Source: Malacoraja senta (lineage: Eukaryota). Taken from it: a stretch of 48,082 nucleotides of DNA. Each line of letters starts with the position of its first letter. The stretch's first letter is position 1. Shown here in pieces: positions 10,812-22,495 of this stretch. The stretch spans positions 62,001 through 110,082 of the forward strand of contig JAXLNO010001544.1 of NCBI GenBank assembly GCA_038087875.1. The letters are read 5' to 3'. The notes beneath the pieces were generated by a model. It worked only from the letters and a program-made list of their open reading frames with translations. It did not search any database and was not told the origin of the DNA. The position numbers were made by a program, and so were the translations under genes.

Positions 10812-12748
10812 GGGCGGCACGGTGGCGCAGCAGTAGAGTTTCTGACTTAAAACATTTGCAGCGCTGGAGACCCAGGTTCAATCCCGACCACAGGTGCTGT
10901 CCCTACGGAGTTTGTACATTCTCCCCGTGACCACGTGAGTTTTCTCCGAGATCTTCGGTTTCCTCCCACACTCCAAAGACGTACAGGTTTGTAGGTTAAT
11001 TGGCTTTGGTTTGCATACTAGGTATACAGTGCATTCAGAAAGTATTCAGACCCCTTCACTTTTTCCACATTCCACACGTTACAGCCTTATTCTAAAATGG
11101 GTTAAATTATTTATTTTTATCATCAATCTACACACAATATCCATAATAAAAAAAGCAAAAACAGGTGTTTAGAAATTTTTGCAAAGTATTAAAAAGAAAT
11201 AACTGAAATATCACATTTACATACGTATTCAGACCCTTTGTTATGACACTCAAAATTGAGCTTAGGTGCATACTGTTTCCATTGATTATCCTTGAGATGT
11301 TTCTACAACTTTATTAGAGTCTACCAGTGGTAAATTAAATTGATTGGACATGATTTGGAAAGGCACACACCTGTCTATATAAGGTCCCCTAGTTGACAGT
11401 GCATGTCAGAGCAAAAACCAAACCATCAAGACGAAGGAATTGTCCGCAGACCTCTGAGACAGGATTGTGTCGAGACACAGATCTGGGTAAGGGTATAAAA
11501 CAATTTCTGCATCATTGCAGGCCCCGAAGAGCAATGTAGCCTCCGTCATTCTTAAATGGAAGAAATTTGGAACCACCAGGACTCTTCATAGAGCTGGCCG
11601 CCCAGCCAAACTGAGCAATTGGGGGAGAAGAGCCTTGGTCAGGGAGGTGACCAAGAACCCGATGGTCACTCTGACAGAGCTCCAGAGTTCCTCTGTGGAG
11701 ATGGGAGCCCTTCCAGAAGGACAACTATATCTGCAGCATTCCACCAATCAGGCCTTTATGGTAGAGTGGCCAGACGGAAGCCACTACTCTATAAAAGGCA
11801 GATGACAGCCCGCTTGGAGTTTGCCAAAAGGCATGAGAAACAAGATTCTCTGGTCTGATGAAACCTAGATTGAACTCTTTGGCCTGAATGCAAAGTGTCA
11901 GGTCTGGTGGAAACCAGGCACCGCTCATCACCTGGCCAATACCATACCTACGGTGAAGCATGGTGGTGGCAGCATCATGCTGTGGGGATGTTTTTCAGGG
12001 GCAGGAACTGGGAGACTAGTCAGGATCGAGGGAAAGATGAACTGAGCAAAGTAAAGAGAGATCCTTGATGAAAATCGGCTCCAGAGCATTCAGGACCTCA
12101 GACTAGGGCGGAGGTTCACCTTCCAACAGGACAATGACCCCAAGCACACAGCCAAGACAATGTAGGAGTGGCTTTGTGACAAGTCTGTGAATGTCCTTGA
12201 GTGGTCCAGCTAGATTCTGGACTTGACCTGATCGAACATCTCTGGAGGGACCTGAAAATAGCTGTGCATCAACGCTCCCCATCCAACCTGACAGAGCTTG
12301 AGAAGATCTGCAGAGAAGTATGGGAGAAATTACCCAAATACAGGTGTGCCAAGCTTGTAACATCATACCTAAGAAGACTTGAGGCTGTAATCGCTGCCAA
12401 AGGTGCCTCAACAAAGTACTGAGTAAAGGGTCTGAATACTTATGTAAATGTGATAATTCAGTAATTTCTTTTAAAATACTTTGCAAAAGTTTCTAAACAC
12501 CTGTTTTCAGTTTTTTATTATGGAGCATTGTGTGTAGATTGATGATAACAAAAATGAATTTATTGCATTTTAGAATAGGGCTGTAACGTAACAACATGTG
12601 GAAAAAGTAAAGGGGTTTGAATACTTTCTGAAGTCACTGTATGTGTAAATTGTCTCCAGTGTGTGTAGGCTTGTGTTAATGTGTGGACTCGGTGGGCAAA
12701 AGGGCCTGTTTCCGTGCTGTATCTCTAAACTAGACCAAACTAAACTAA
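10812..12748 (+). mobile_element. HE1/V-SINE split by a Tc1 insertion
   Basis: tRNA-like head with A box TGGCGCAGCAGT and B box GGTTCAATCCC; V-domain GGAGTTTGTACATTCTCCCCGTG; 3' part with (AAACT)n resumes after 12641. Confidence 0.88.
11027..12639 (+). mobile_element. Near full-length Tc1 transposon, 1613 bp, non-functional transposase
   Basis: TA|CAGTG...CACTG|TA; ~210-bp TIRs; paired-like HTH region and DD34E motifs ([20 protein letters not shown]); start ATG replaced by ATC, plus stops and deletions. Confidence 0.95.
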
Positions 12749-12754
12749 TAGACC

Positions 12755-12965
12755 TCTGGTTATTGTTCCAGTGCTCCCTCACTGACACATCAGTCACTTG
12801 CCTTGCTCTATTTCCCAAGAGTAGGTTAAGCTCTGCCCTCTCCATAGCAGAATCCGCTATTATGTGTGGTGAAACCATTCTGAATACACTCAACAAATTC
12901 CATCCCATCTAAGCCTTTAACACTATTGCAGTCCCAGCCTATATTAGGAAGGTTAAAATATCATG
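12755..12965 (-). mobile_element. CR1 endonuclease-domain fragment
   Basis: Minus translation ...FNLPNIGWDCNSVKGLDGMEFVECIQ...LLLGNRARQVTDVSVREH. Confidence 0.7.
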
Positions 12966-13389
12966 CTTTAAATCGGGAAAAACCATGGGCCAAAATGCTT
13001 CTATTGCAATTCCATTGGTAAGTTGAGAACCAATTAAAGTTACGTTGGAATTTGATAAGCTGAATAAAATTTATCTTTGGAAAAATAACAGTTCAAATGG
13101 AATAATGCAACGACAGTGCCCTCTGGTGGTAATGGGGATACCTGCCACAGATCCCGATCTCTTCCAATGCAGAGCACTTTCCTTTAACCCTATGGGTGAG
13201 AATAGACGTATGGACTGGTAGTAGAGGGGCCAGGATATTGCCTCCAGCACCTTCGAGGTCCGCTGCAGGAAGTGTTCCCTGAGACACAGAGACGGATGGG
13301 CGAGGAGAGGGACTTTGGTCGGCGGGCCATGCTGTTTGAGGGTGATGGAGAATCTTGAATAAAAAACCATTGAATCATCCTCAACATTC

Positions 13390-13920
13390 ACTCACTCCAC
13401 CACAGGTACACAGTAGCAGCGGCTTGTAGCATCTTCAGGATACATTGCAGCAACTCGCCAAGACTCCTTCGACAGCACCTGCCAAACCCTCGACCTTTCG
13501 ATCTCTCCCAGCTAGAAGGACAAGGGCAGCAAAAGCATGGGAACGCCACCCACCTAGAAGTTATGTTCCAATCCACACATCATCCTGACCTGGAAAAATA
13601 ACGATGTTCCTTCGCCATTGCTGGTTCAACAACTTAGAACTCTCTCCCTCATAGTATTGTGGGTGTACATTGATTAGTACGGGTGACAGGGGTAATGGGG
13701 AGAAGGCAGGAGAATAAGGGTTGAGGGGAAGAGATAGATCAGACATGATTGAATGGCGGAGCCTTGATGGGCCAAATGGCCTAATTCTGCTCCGATCACT
13801 TCTGACGTTATGACCTCCAGGATCATAGTGTTCAGCTCATCTTCTCAAGGGCAATGAGGGATGGGCAATGAAATGTTATCTCAGCCTGCAAAGCCCTCAT
13901 CTCTTCACTGAGTAAAATAA
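13390..13920 (+). mobile_element. 3' end of a second CR1/L2-type LINE family, interrupted by a HER1 piece (~13670-13810)
   Basis: ccacacatcatcctgacctggaa...cttctcaagggcaatgagggatgggcaatgaaatg tail; family recalled, not searched. Confidence 0.55.
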
Positions 13921-14204
13921 GAAATAGCTAATCATTTAGGAAGGTTTGATTTAATTAAACCAAGTCAACATAATCTCGTTTTGTGTATATTCTTTTGTAT
14001 TTTTTGAGGATGTTACAAGCAGAGGGAAGGGAGAAGACCCCGTAGATAGAGAGTATTTACATTTCTAAAGGCATTTGACACTAAAGATGGTGCACATTAG
14101 GAGCTCATTGTATTACAGGGTGAGTTTTAGGAAGGATTTAAAGCAGGTCCTCAAATAGAAAAAAAGGAAGTTGGAATGTGGGCTTTATTCAGGTTGGATG
14201 TAAT

Positions 14205-14385
14205 TGGGCAGCACAGTGGTACAGCTGGTAGAGATACTGCCTCACAGTGTCAGAGACCTGGATTTGATCCTGACCTCGGGTACTGTCTGTGTGGAGTTTG
14301 TACGTTCTCCCTGAGACTGTGTGAGTTTCATACGGGTGTTCCAATTTCTTCCCACATCCCAAAGACATGCGGGTTTGCAGATTAG
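14205..14385 (+). mobile_element. HE1/V-SINE, partial
   Basis: Head plus V-domain (GTGTGGAGTTTGTACGTTCTCCC). Confidence 0.8.
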
Positions 14386-14789
14386 GCAGTGGGGGGGACA
14401 GAGATAGAATGTAGTCAGAGACAGTTAGACTGGTGGGAGAACTGGGAAGGGGGAGGGGATGGAGAGAGAGGGTAGATGATGAGATGTTTTCACCAAAGAG
14501 AAAATCTCAAACAAGAGGACACAGTTTCAAGGTCAGAGAGTGATTGTTTAAAGCTGAGGTATGTGAATATTTTTACCGTAGAGAGTTGCAGAGGCCAGAT
14601 TATTTAAAGTAGATGTCAGAGAAGTTTTGAATGTGTGAGGGATTGAGAGCGATGGTCAGATTAGATTGAATGGTGGGGCAGGATTGAGGGGCCATGTGGC
14701 CTACTGCTGCTCCAATATTCTTGTGTTTGCTTGCATTGGGTCTCATCTTTGGAAGGTTGAATACTGTTCTGTCCCGGTTATCTTTTCTC

Positions 14790-15065
14790 GTCCAGTGTCG
14801 TAGTGGTAGACCTACTCCCTTGCAGCACCAGAGGCCCAGGCTCGATCCTTGTCTGTATGGAGTTTGTACGTTCTCCCCGTGACCTGTATGGGTTTTCTCC
14901 AAGATCTTTGGTTTCCTCCCACACTCCAAAGACATACAGGTTTGTAGGGTAATTGTCTTGGTCTAAATGTAAAGTTGTCCGCAGTGTGCGTGGAGTAGTG
15001 TTAATGCGCAGGGATCGCTAGTCAGCATGGGCCGAAGGACCTGTTTCCGCGCTGTATCTTAAAAA
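14790..15065 (+). mobile_element. HE1/V-SINE
   Basis: V-domain and 3' GGGCCGAAGGACCTGTTTCCGCGCTGTATC tail shared with HER1-type LINE ends. Confidence 0.85.
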
Positions 15066-15344
15066 CGAAAAAAAAACACCACCTCTTTCCATTTCTGATC
15101 TTAGCACCACTTCTTTCCTTCTTAACGTTGCTCCATGATAATACTTAAGTGACACATCGCACCCTTCCTTTGATAATCTATGAAACATTGCTCCTTATCG
15201 GAAATAATATTAAGACACACCAGAATCACTTTTATGTACGTTTATGCATGGTATTTAAAACATCATTAACTTCCACTCAAAGAACGCATGTCATGTCTTT
15301 ATCACAATGACATGTATGACGCAGAAATTCTGCATCTGCAGGGA

Positions 15345-15830
15345 TATTTGACCTGCCTCACTAACTCTGGAAAGAGTGTAGGAATTATTTACTAAGGAGG
15401 TTGATGGGATTGTAAGGTTTGAGTTATATGGAGAGATTGGATATGTTGGGATTGTTTTCCTAGAGAACAGGAGGCAGATGTAATCTTACAGAGGTTTATA
15501 AAACCAGGAGGAGCTTAGATAAGGTTCACACTCCCCAAAATCGGGGAAGTGTAAAACTAGAGGGCATAGTTTTAAGGTAAGAGGAGAAAAATAATTAAAG
15601 GGGTTTTGAGGGGCAAGTTATTCACGCAGAGGGCGGTGGGTATGTGGGGCACAGTGCCAAAGGATATGGTAGAGGTAGGTACGATCACAATGTTTCAAGT
15701 TGAGCAGGTCCATGGATAGTAATGGTTTTGAGGATATGGGCCAAATACAGGGAAATGGGACTTGCTCAGATAAGCACCCTGGTGGGTATGGCCGTGTTGG
15801 GCTGAAGGGCCTGGGTCTGTGCTGATTAAC
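15345..15830 (+). mobile_element. Old CR1 3' fragment
   Basis: Degenerate GLFSLE/TRGHSFKVRG/FTQRAVG remnants and 3'UTR. Confidence 0.7.
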
Positions 15831-16061
15831 TTTACGACCCTATGACAATGATATTCCCATTGACCGTTATGTGATGAAGTGTCTCCAAACGGGACCTTGA
15901 GCAGCTCGGTCTCGATGACCTTTCACCTTTTGATCTCCATTCCCCGCCAGGAAGGATATTGCTTTGGATAGAGTTCTCTTGGCTCACACCGTCGGATAAC
16001 CGTCGGAGATCCAAGGGAGGCCACCGTTGAGCGAGGAAGGCTGCCAAGAACAGGGTAAAAC

Positions 16062-16240
16062 AGGGGGACTCGGTGGAGGGGGAACAATGAAGAGGGACCC
16101 GGCGGAGGGGGCCACTGAGAATGAAGGGGGACCCGGCGGAGGGGGCCACTGAGAATGAAGGGGGACCTGGCGGAGGAGGCCACCGAGAATGAAGGGGGAC
16201 CTGGTGGAGGGAGCCACCGAGAATGAAGGGGGACCTGGCA
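16062..16240. repeat. 33-bp GC-rich minisatellite (~5.5 copies) within an unclassified retroposon (~15835-16435)
   Basis: Unit AAGGGGGACC(C/T)GGCGGAGGGGGCCAC(T/C)GAGAATG; followed by a LINE-like tail (caaaacaaagcatttcactgtgcctaggtgcatg). Confidence 0.85.
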
Positions 16241-16543
16241 GTGGGGGAGGGGTAAGGGGGGAGGTAGAAGATAGGACTGTTCGGTGAACGTTTGTAACTT
16301 TGACGGTGCCAAAAACATGGCCACACTTGTGTACTGCCCAGGTGAGGTCTGCTGTATGATTTTACTGGGCTGTCTGCAAAACAAAGCATTTCACTGTGCC
16401 TAGGTGCATGAGACGACAATGTATAATTGAAATGGAATATCTGGGCCTTAAAACTTTGCACATCTGATGTGTTTGCCTGTGCAGAAATCCATCCAAGCTT
16501 CCTTCACCCAGACGAGACTGCAGAGATAGATTCCAGCTGCCGT

Positions 16544-16572
16544 TCAGCTGTAGGACGCGTGTTTACTACCAG
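16544..16572 (-). CDS. Terminal coding exon of copy B
   Basis: ttttgtttaag|CT GGT AGT AAA CAC GCG TCC TAC AGC TGA = (A)GSKHASYS*; the following ~110 nt are homologous to the sequence after 7448. Confidence 0.82.
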
Positions 16573-17199
16573 CTTAAACAAAATTAAACGGAAAGCATTT
16601 ACGTAAAACAAACTAGCAAAGAATGTTAGTGTCTGTTTAAGGTTTCCCAACCAAAAACATCCCCTCTCCAAGTTCTCCAGAGATGGTTTCCTGACCTGCT
16701 GAGCTACTCCAGCACTCGGTGTCTTCCAACGTGTGAGTTAAAGTCGATCCAGACATTGCCTGAACCGTTCCACCGAGTGTCTAAACACAGAGGTTGGGTC
16801 TCAGGGCTGTATGGCCTCTGCTGTTCCTGAGCCTGGTGTGTGGCCAGGTACGAGGAACTAGTTCACATGGCCAGTCCTCACCACTGCCCTGGGCTGCTGC
16901 TGGATGCAGGGGACATGGGCTGAAGTGGCCTTGACTGGGGGCTTAATCAGGAACCCTCAACGCTGGTGTTAGGGTAGTGGACCTACACCATGGAGCAGTG
17001 AACACTCTGTGTCAAGGGAGGCAAAGTGGATGTGAAGTGGATGTGAAGAACAGGCCATTCGAACCTCACGTCTGTCCTGTTATTTGATCAACTGACTGAC
17101 TTATCTCAACTCCAATCACCCATCTCTGTCCACATCTGAAACTCAAACCCAATAGCATTTGTTCAATGCTGGAATTTCTGATTATCTGGGAGAGGGTTG

Positions 17200-18790
17200 C
17201 ACATTCCCACTGAGTCATAATGTTGCCTAGCATGGAAACAGGCCCTTCGGTCCAACTACTCAATGCTGAACAAGTTGCCTACCTGATCTAGTCCAACCTA
17301 CCAGCATGTGGCCCATATCCCGCTGAAAATTTACGATCCATGGATCTATTTTTGAAACATTGTAATTGTACACTTCTCTACCACTTTGGCTGTTCGTACC
17401 AAATACCCATCAGCCTCTGTTGCCCCGTCAATCTCCTTTAAGTCTTTCCCATCTCCGTTAAATTTATGCCCTCTAGTTTTAAACTCTCTTCTGGAGAAAA
17501 ACAATGTGACAATTCATCTTATCCATTAACCACCATAAGGTCACCTCAAAGTCTCCCACACTCTAATGAAAGCAGCCTCAGACTATCCAGCTTTTCCTTG
17601 TAAGTCAAGCCTTCCAGTCCTGCTAACATTGATGTGAATCTTTTCTTCACTCTTTCCAATTTAATATCATCCTTCCTTTACTTGGATGATCAGAACTGTT
17701 CACAGTACCCCAAGTGCGGTCTCACCAATGTCGTGCACAATTGTAACATCCTAACACTTGTACTCAACACCTTACAAACGCAACCTTGTCAAATTGCGTC
17801 ACCACTTTCAGAAATAATGTGTTCTATATTTCTGTGCTAAAATACTCTCTAAAGGTTTACCATTAAATGGAACGCCTGCCCTTGTGTAATTTACCAACAT
17901 TCAACACTTTACACTTTTCTGAGTTAAATTAGAAACATAGAAAATAGGTGCAGGAGTAGTCCATTCGGCCCTTCAAGCCAGCACCGCCATACAATATGAT
18001 CATGGCTCATCATCCAGAATCAGTACCCTGTTCCTGCTTTCTTCCCAAATCCCTTGACTCCATTAGCCCCAAGAGCCATATCTAACTCTCTCTTCAATAT
18101 ATCCAGTGAATTGACCTCCACTGCATTCTGTGGCAGAGAATTCCACAGATTTACAATTCACTGGGTGAAAATGTTTTTGTTCATCTCAGTCCTAAATGGC
18201 CGCAACTGTGACGCCTGGTTCTGGACCCCCCCAACATGGGGAACATTTTTCCTGCATCTAGCCTGTCCAATCCCTTAAGAATTGTATATGTTTTTATGAT
18301 ACCCTTTCATCCTTTTAAATTCTCGTGAATATAAGCCCAGTAGACCCATTCTTTCACCATATGTGAGTCCCGCCATTGTATCTACCAGTCTTTGGCCCAC
18401 TTTTCTGAGTTAAATCATCTGCCATCACTAGGCCCACTTTCCCGGTTAATCTAGATCATGTTGTTTTCTTAACTAACTTTTTTCATTATCCATTCATTTT
18501 GCTGTAATCCACAATCTTATTAACCTTTCCAACTACATTCTCATCCAAATTGCTAATATAGATGATGAACAACAGTAGACTCAGCATCAATCCCTACGGC
18601 ACATCACTGATCACTGGACTCCAATCTGAAAAGCAACCCTCCACCATCAGCATCTGACCTGCCACCAAGCCAATTTTGTATCCAATTGGCTAGCTTGCCC
18701 TGGATCCCTTGTGATGTACCGGCTTTCCATGGGGGATCTTGTCAATGGCCTTGCTAAATTCCATGCAGATAATGTGCACTGTACCAAACT
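17200..18790 (-). mobile_element. Degenerate CR1 with HER1 3' insertion (~17930-18380)
   Basis: RT-region remnants on minus; HER1 tail TTAGAAACATAGAAAATAGGTGCAGGAGTAG. Confidence 0.8.
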
Positions 18791-19193
18791 AAACTAAGTC
18801 TCCTGACATCACCCTGAAGAAGTGGTCTCTAATGTTGTTGCACCCTTGTGTTCTGGACTCATAACCACTCCAGTGGCATCATTCTCTCCAGCATAAAGAA
18901 CCCACTAAAATGTTTACCCACTTCAGTAAGATCACAACTTCACCGTCTAAACTGAAGGAACTTAATCCAATTTGTGACATTTGCCCAGATAATTGAAACC
19001 TGCTGTGTCCTGACAGTAGTTCAGGTACAAATGCTCAAAACAAAGATCTTGGAGAAGGCAGATGCCCTCCCCTTGAAATCACTGTGAACGTTCATGGGGC
19101 AGGATGTGGACTGGGATTGTGAGCTTTATCTTGATCACTACCTTCCAACCCAAACAATTCATGGAAGAGCTGTTGTTGGAAAAGTCAGACAAT

Positions 19194-19508
19194 GGGCGGC
19201 ACGGTGGCACAGTGGTATAACTACTGCCTTCCAGTGCCAGACACCCGGGTTCGATCCTGACTATGGGTGCTGTCTGTACAGAGTTTGTACGTTCTCGCTG
19301 TGACCTGCGTGGGTTTTTTCCAAGATCTTTGGTTTCCTCCCACACTCCCTACATGTACAGGTTTGTGGATTAACTGGCTTGGTGTAAATGTAAAATGTCC
19401 CTAGTGTGTGTGGGATAGTATTAATGTGCAGGGATCACTGTTCAGCATGGACTCAGTGGGCCGAAGGGCCTGTTTCTGCGCTGTATCTCTAAACTAAACT
19501 AAACTAAA
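19194..19508 (+). mobile_element. Full-length HE1/V-SINE
   Basis: GGGCGGCACGGTGGCACAGTGGTA head, B box GGTTCGATCC, V-domain, (AAACT)n tail. Confidence 0.92.
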
Positions 19509-19813
19509 TAGCTTGCTTAATCCTGAAACCAAGGTGAGATAATGAATTAAAAATATAATTGCACTGGGTCCCTTCTCCTGGATTAGATACGGAACATTAC
19601 CAGGATTGCAAGGATGTATTTTCATAACTAAATGATCTGACTTGATGATGGGTGTTAATTTACTCTCTACACCAAACCCGTCATCAGACTGAGCTCCTTT
19701 TGGCCCATCTTCACGCTGGTTGTTCCTGTCTGAAGCTTCCCTGCATTCTCGCCATATCTGCAGCAGGTGACAGATATCATATGGTGCAGCAGTCAACAGT
19801 TACTGGAATGTAC

Positions 19814-19856
19814 CTTGGAGATGACCGTAGATGGACTGAGTGGGTCTTTGCAAATC
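19814..19856 (-). CDS. Cytoplasmic exon 3 of copy B (rest of ITAM)
   Basis: ttttcccctag|GAT...CAAG|gtacat; 43 nt; DLQRPTQSIYGHLQ; 41/43 nt identical to 2538-2580. Confidence 0.92.
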
Positions 19857-19946
19857 CTAGGGGAAAACACAGAAATGTTGGAAACAGCAGCTTGGCAACT
19901 CGTGCTCAGTGAAATGCTTCAGAGTCCTAAACGTCACATTTCTTAC

Positions 19947-19988
19947 CATGTAGATGGTGTTTGGATCTGCCTGGAGATCTCCTGCATT
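19947..19988 (-). CDS. Cytoplasmic exon 2 of copy B (first ITAM tyrosine)
   Basis: ttctgttgtag|AAT...TACATG|gtaaga; 42 nt; NAGDLQADPNTIYM; 38/42 nt identical to 2406-2447. Confidence 0.92.
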
Positions 19989-20029
19989 CTACAACAGAAC
20001 ACAATCGAACAGTTACTTTGGTCAATAGA

Positions 20030-21860
20030 GACACAAGGAACTGCAGATTATGGAATCTTACATGGAACATAGTGCTGGATAACTCAGCAGGTCAGACAGC
20101 ATCTCTGGAAGACATGGATATGTGATGTTTCCGGCCAGGTCCCTTCTTCAGGCTGATTGTAGTAGGGAGAAGAAAGCTTGAAAAGAGGTGGGAGCAGGAC
20201 TAAGCCTGGCAAGTGACAGGTAGATACAGGTCAGGGGTCTTTTGAATGGCAGATGAGCGGACAAAGGCTAGAGATGAAAAGGAGACAAAAGGGTGAGAAA
20301 GAGGAAAAATAGGAGACAAAAAGGACACAAGGATACAAAGTAACTCAGTAGGTCAGAGAGCATCTCTGGAGAACATGGGTAGCTGACATTTCAGCTCGAG
20401 ACCCTTCTTCAGATGTCAGATAAGGAGAGAAGAGGTGAGATACATTAGTGAAACGTAAGCAATAAAGGTGATAGAGGAAGGGAGATAAAAGAGGGTGGAA
20501 CAATGGGAACAATGATCAGGCACTGAGGTGGAAGGATACAGGAAAGAGAGATGGGGCAGGGTGCATCATCAAAAAGGAAGGTGCTAAATAAAATTGGAGA
20601 ATTCAACGTTCATACTGTTGGGTTGTTAGCCACACAAGTAGAATATGAGGTGTTGTTCCACTGGTTTGTGTGTGGCTTCACTCTGGCAATGGAGGAGACC
20701 CAGGCAGAAAGGTCAGCATGGGATGAGTTCAAATCTTCTCAACAATGAGTTCCAGCAGGTCTTGGCAGACTGAGCATGATATGACCGCTTAGTCTATGCC
20801 TGGTCTCACCGAGTAAACCACGTTGGGAGCAAATGTAGTAGATGAGGTTATAGCAGGTGCATGTGATCCTCTGCTTCACCTGAAAGGGCTGCTGGGGTCC
20901 CAGGATGGAAGTGAGGGAGGAGATGTAGGGACAGGTGGCTCCTACGGTTGCAGGGAAAGATACCTGGGGTAGGGATGGTTTAGGTGGGAAGGGATGAGTG
21001 AAGCAAATAGTTGCAGAGCGAGCAACCTCTGCAGAAGGTGCAACGGGTGGAGATGTGAAGATATGACTGTTGGTAGAATCATCTTGGAGGTAACAGAAAT
21101 ATAGTAAGATGTCATGCTGGATGCAAAGTTGGTGGGGTGAAAGGTGAGGAATGGGGATCTTTATCCTTCTTCCATCTATAGGAATAGGGGGCGAGATCAG
21201 AACTGCTGGACACAGAAGAGACAAGGGCGTGAGGTCCATCCACAACAGGAGAGGGAAAACACATTTATTAAAGATGACACTTCAGATGTCCTGTAGTGGA
21301 AAACCTCATCTTGGGAGTAGATGTAGCGGAGGTGCAGAAATTGAGTGTAGGGGACAGCACAGGGTGGGAGGAGGGGTAATCAAGATAACATTGTTAACTA
21401 GAGAAAGGAGAGAGAGGTGTCGGAGATAATCCAGATTAATTTGAGGGCATGGTAGAAGTTCATGGTCATGTTGATGAAATCAGTGATTTCTGAATGGAGC
21501 AGAAGGCAGGGCTGATGCCGTTGCTGATGTGGTGGAGAAAGATTTGGGGGATGGTGCCATTGTACATTGGAAACATGGACTGTTCAACATAACCAACAAA
21601 AAGGCAGTCATAGCTGGGGCCCATGCGAGTGCCCATGGCTATACCTTTGAGTGAGAGGAGTTAAAGGAGAGGTTGTTGGTTGCGGGAGAGGTCACGCTCC
21701 GTCAGGCGGTGGAGAATGTGAGCAGAGGGGAAGAACCGGACCTTCCTGGTGGGAATGGAAGTGTAAAGGCACTGGATGCCCATGGTAATGAGGAAGCGAT
21801 GGGGGCCTAGAAATTGAAAGCTATCAAAGTGTTGAAGATAGTGCGAGGTGTCTCGGAATG
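20030..21860 (-). mobile_element. Degenerate Penelope-like element (RT plus GIY-YIG) with pLTR-type ends
   Basis: Minus translation MGTRMGPSYDCLFVGYVEQSMF (RT) and GPQQPFQVKQRITCTCYNLIYYIC...LLGETRHRL (GIY-YIG). Confidence 0.85.
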
Positions 21861-21994
21861 GACTGGATGCGGGGGGGGGGGGGGGGGGGGGAGGAAGAAG
21901 ATAGAATCAAGACATTTGAAGAGGCGTTGGTGGGGCAGGGCCAAGCAGAAATAATGGGTTAATCAAGGCAGTCTTACTTGTGCTTGTACTTTGG

Positions 21995-22495
21995 TCAATA
22001 GGTTTAGGTTGAGGTGTAATATCATTGTGTGCATCGAGGTACAGTGAAGAGATTTGTTTCACATACTATTCAATTAATCAGATAATACTATACATTAATA
22101 TGGTATCAACTCAAACTCACAAACAATAGGTTGATCAGAGGGAAAGGTACAGGTGCTGAATATAGTTCTCAGCATTTATAGTTCGCAACATTGTCGTGAA
22201 CGAGTTCTATAGACAAAGACCAAAATCTGCCATAGGGTAGAGGTGAATCTGCCAGTACCCTCAATAAAGGACCATTCAGAAGCCTGATAACAGAGGAAGA
22301 AGTTGTTCCCAAGTCTGCTGATGTGTGCTTTAAACTTTTGTATCTTCTGCCTGATGGGAATGGGGAGAAGAAGGAATAACATGGTGGGACGTCTTTGATT
22401 ATATTGGCTGCTTTCCAAAACAATATGAAGTGTGGATGGAGTCAATCAATGGTGGGGAATCTGGTCTGTGTGCTGGACTGGGCTACATCCTCAAT
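21995..22495 (-). mobile_element. Rex1/Babar LINE 3' end
   Basis: KAANIIKD...FSPFPSGRRYKSLK...VIRLLN C-terminal motif and ttcactgtacctcgatgcacac tail. Confidence 0.8.

Noticed and set aside
10812-10890. tRNA genes
   Set aside because: The A/B boxes belong to tRNA-derived HE1 SINE heads that continue into the V-domain; no cloverleaf or acceptor stem.
16062-16240. Regular repeat as a CRISPR array
   Set aside because: Head-to-tail minisatellite without unique spacers, in vertebrate DNA, with no cas genes.
21869-21891. Poly-G run
   Set aside because: Homopolymer at a TE boundary; the length is unreliable and it has no evident function.
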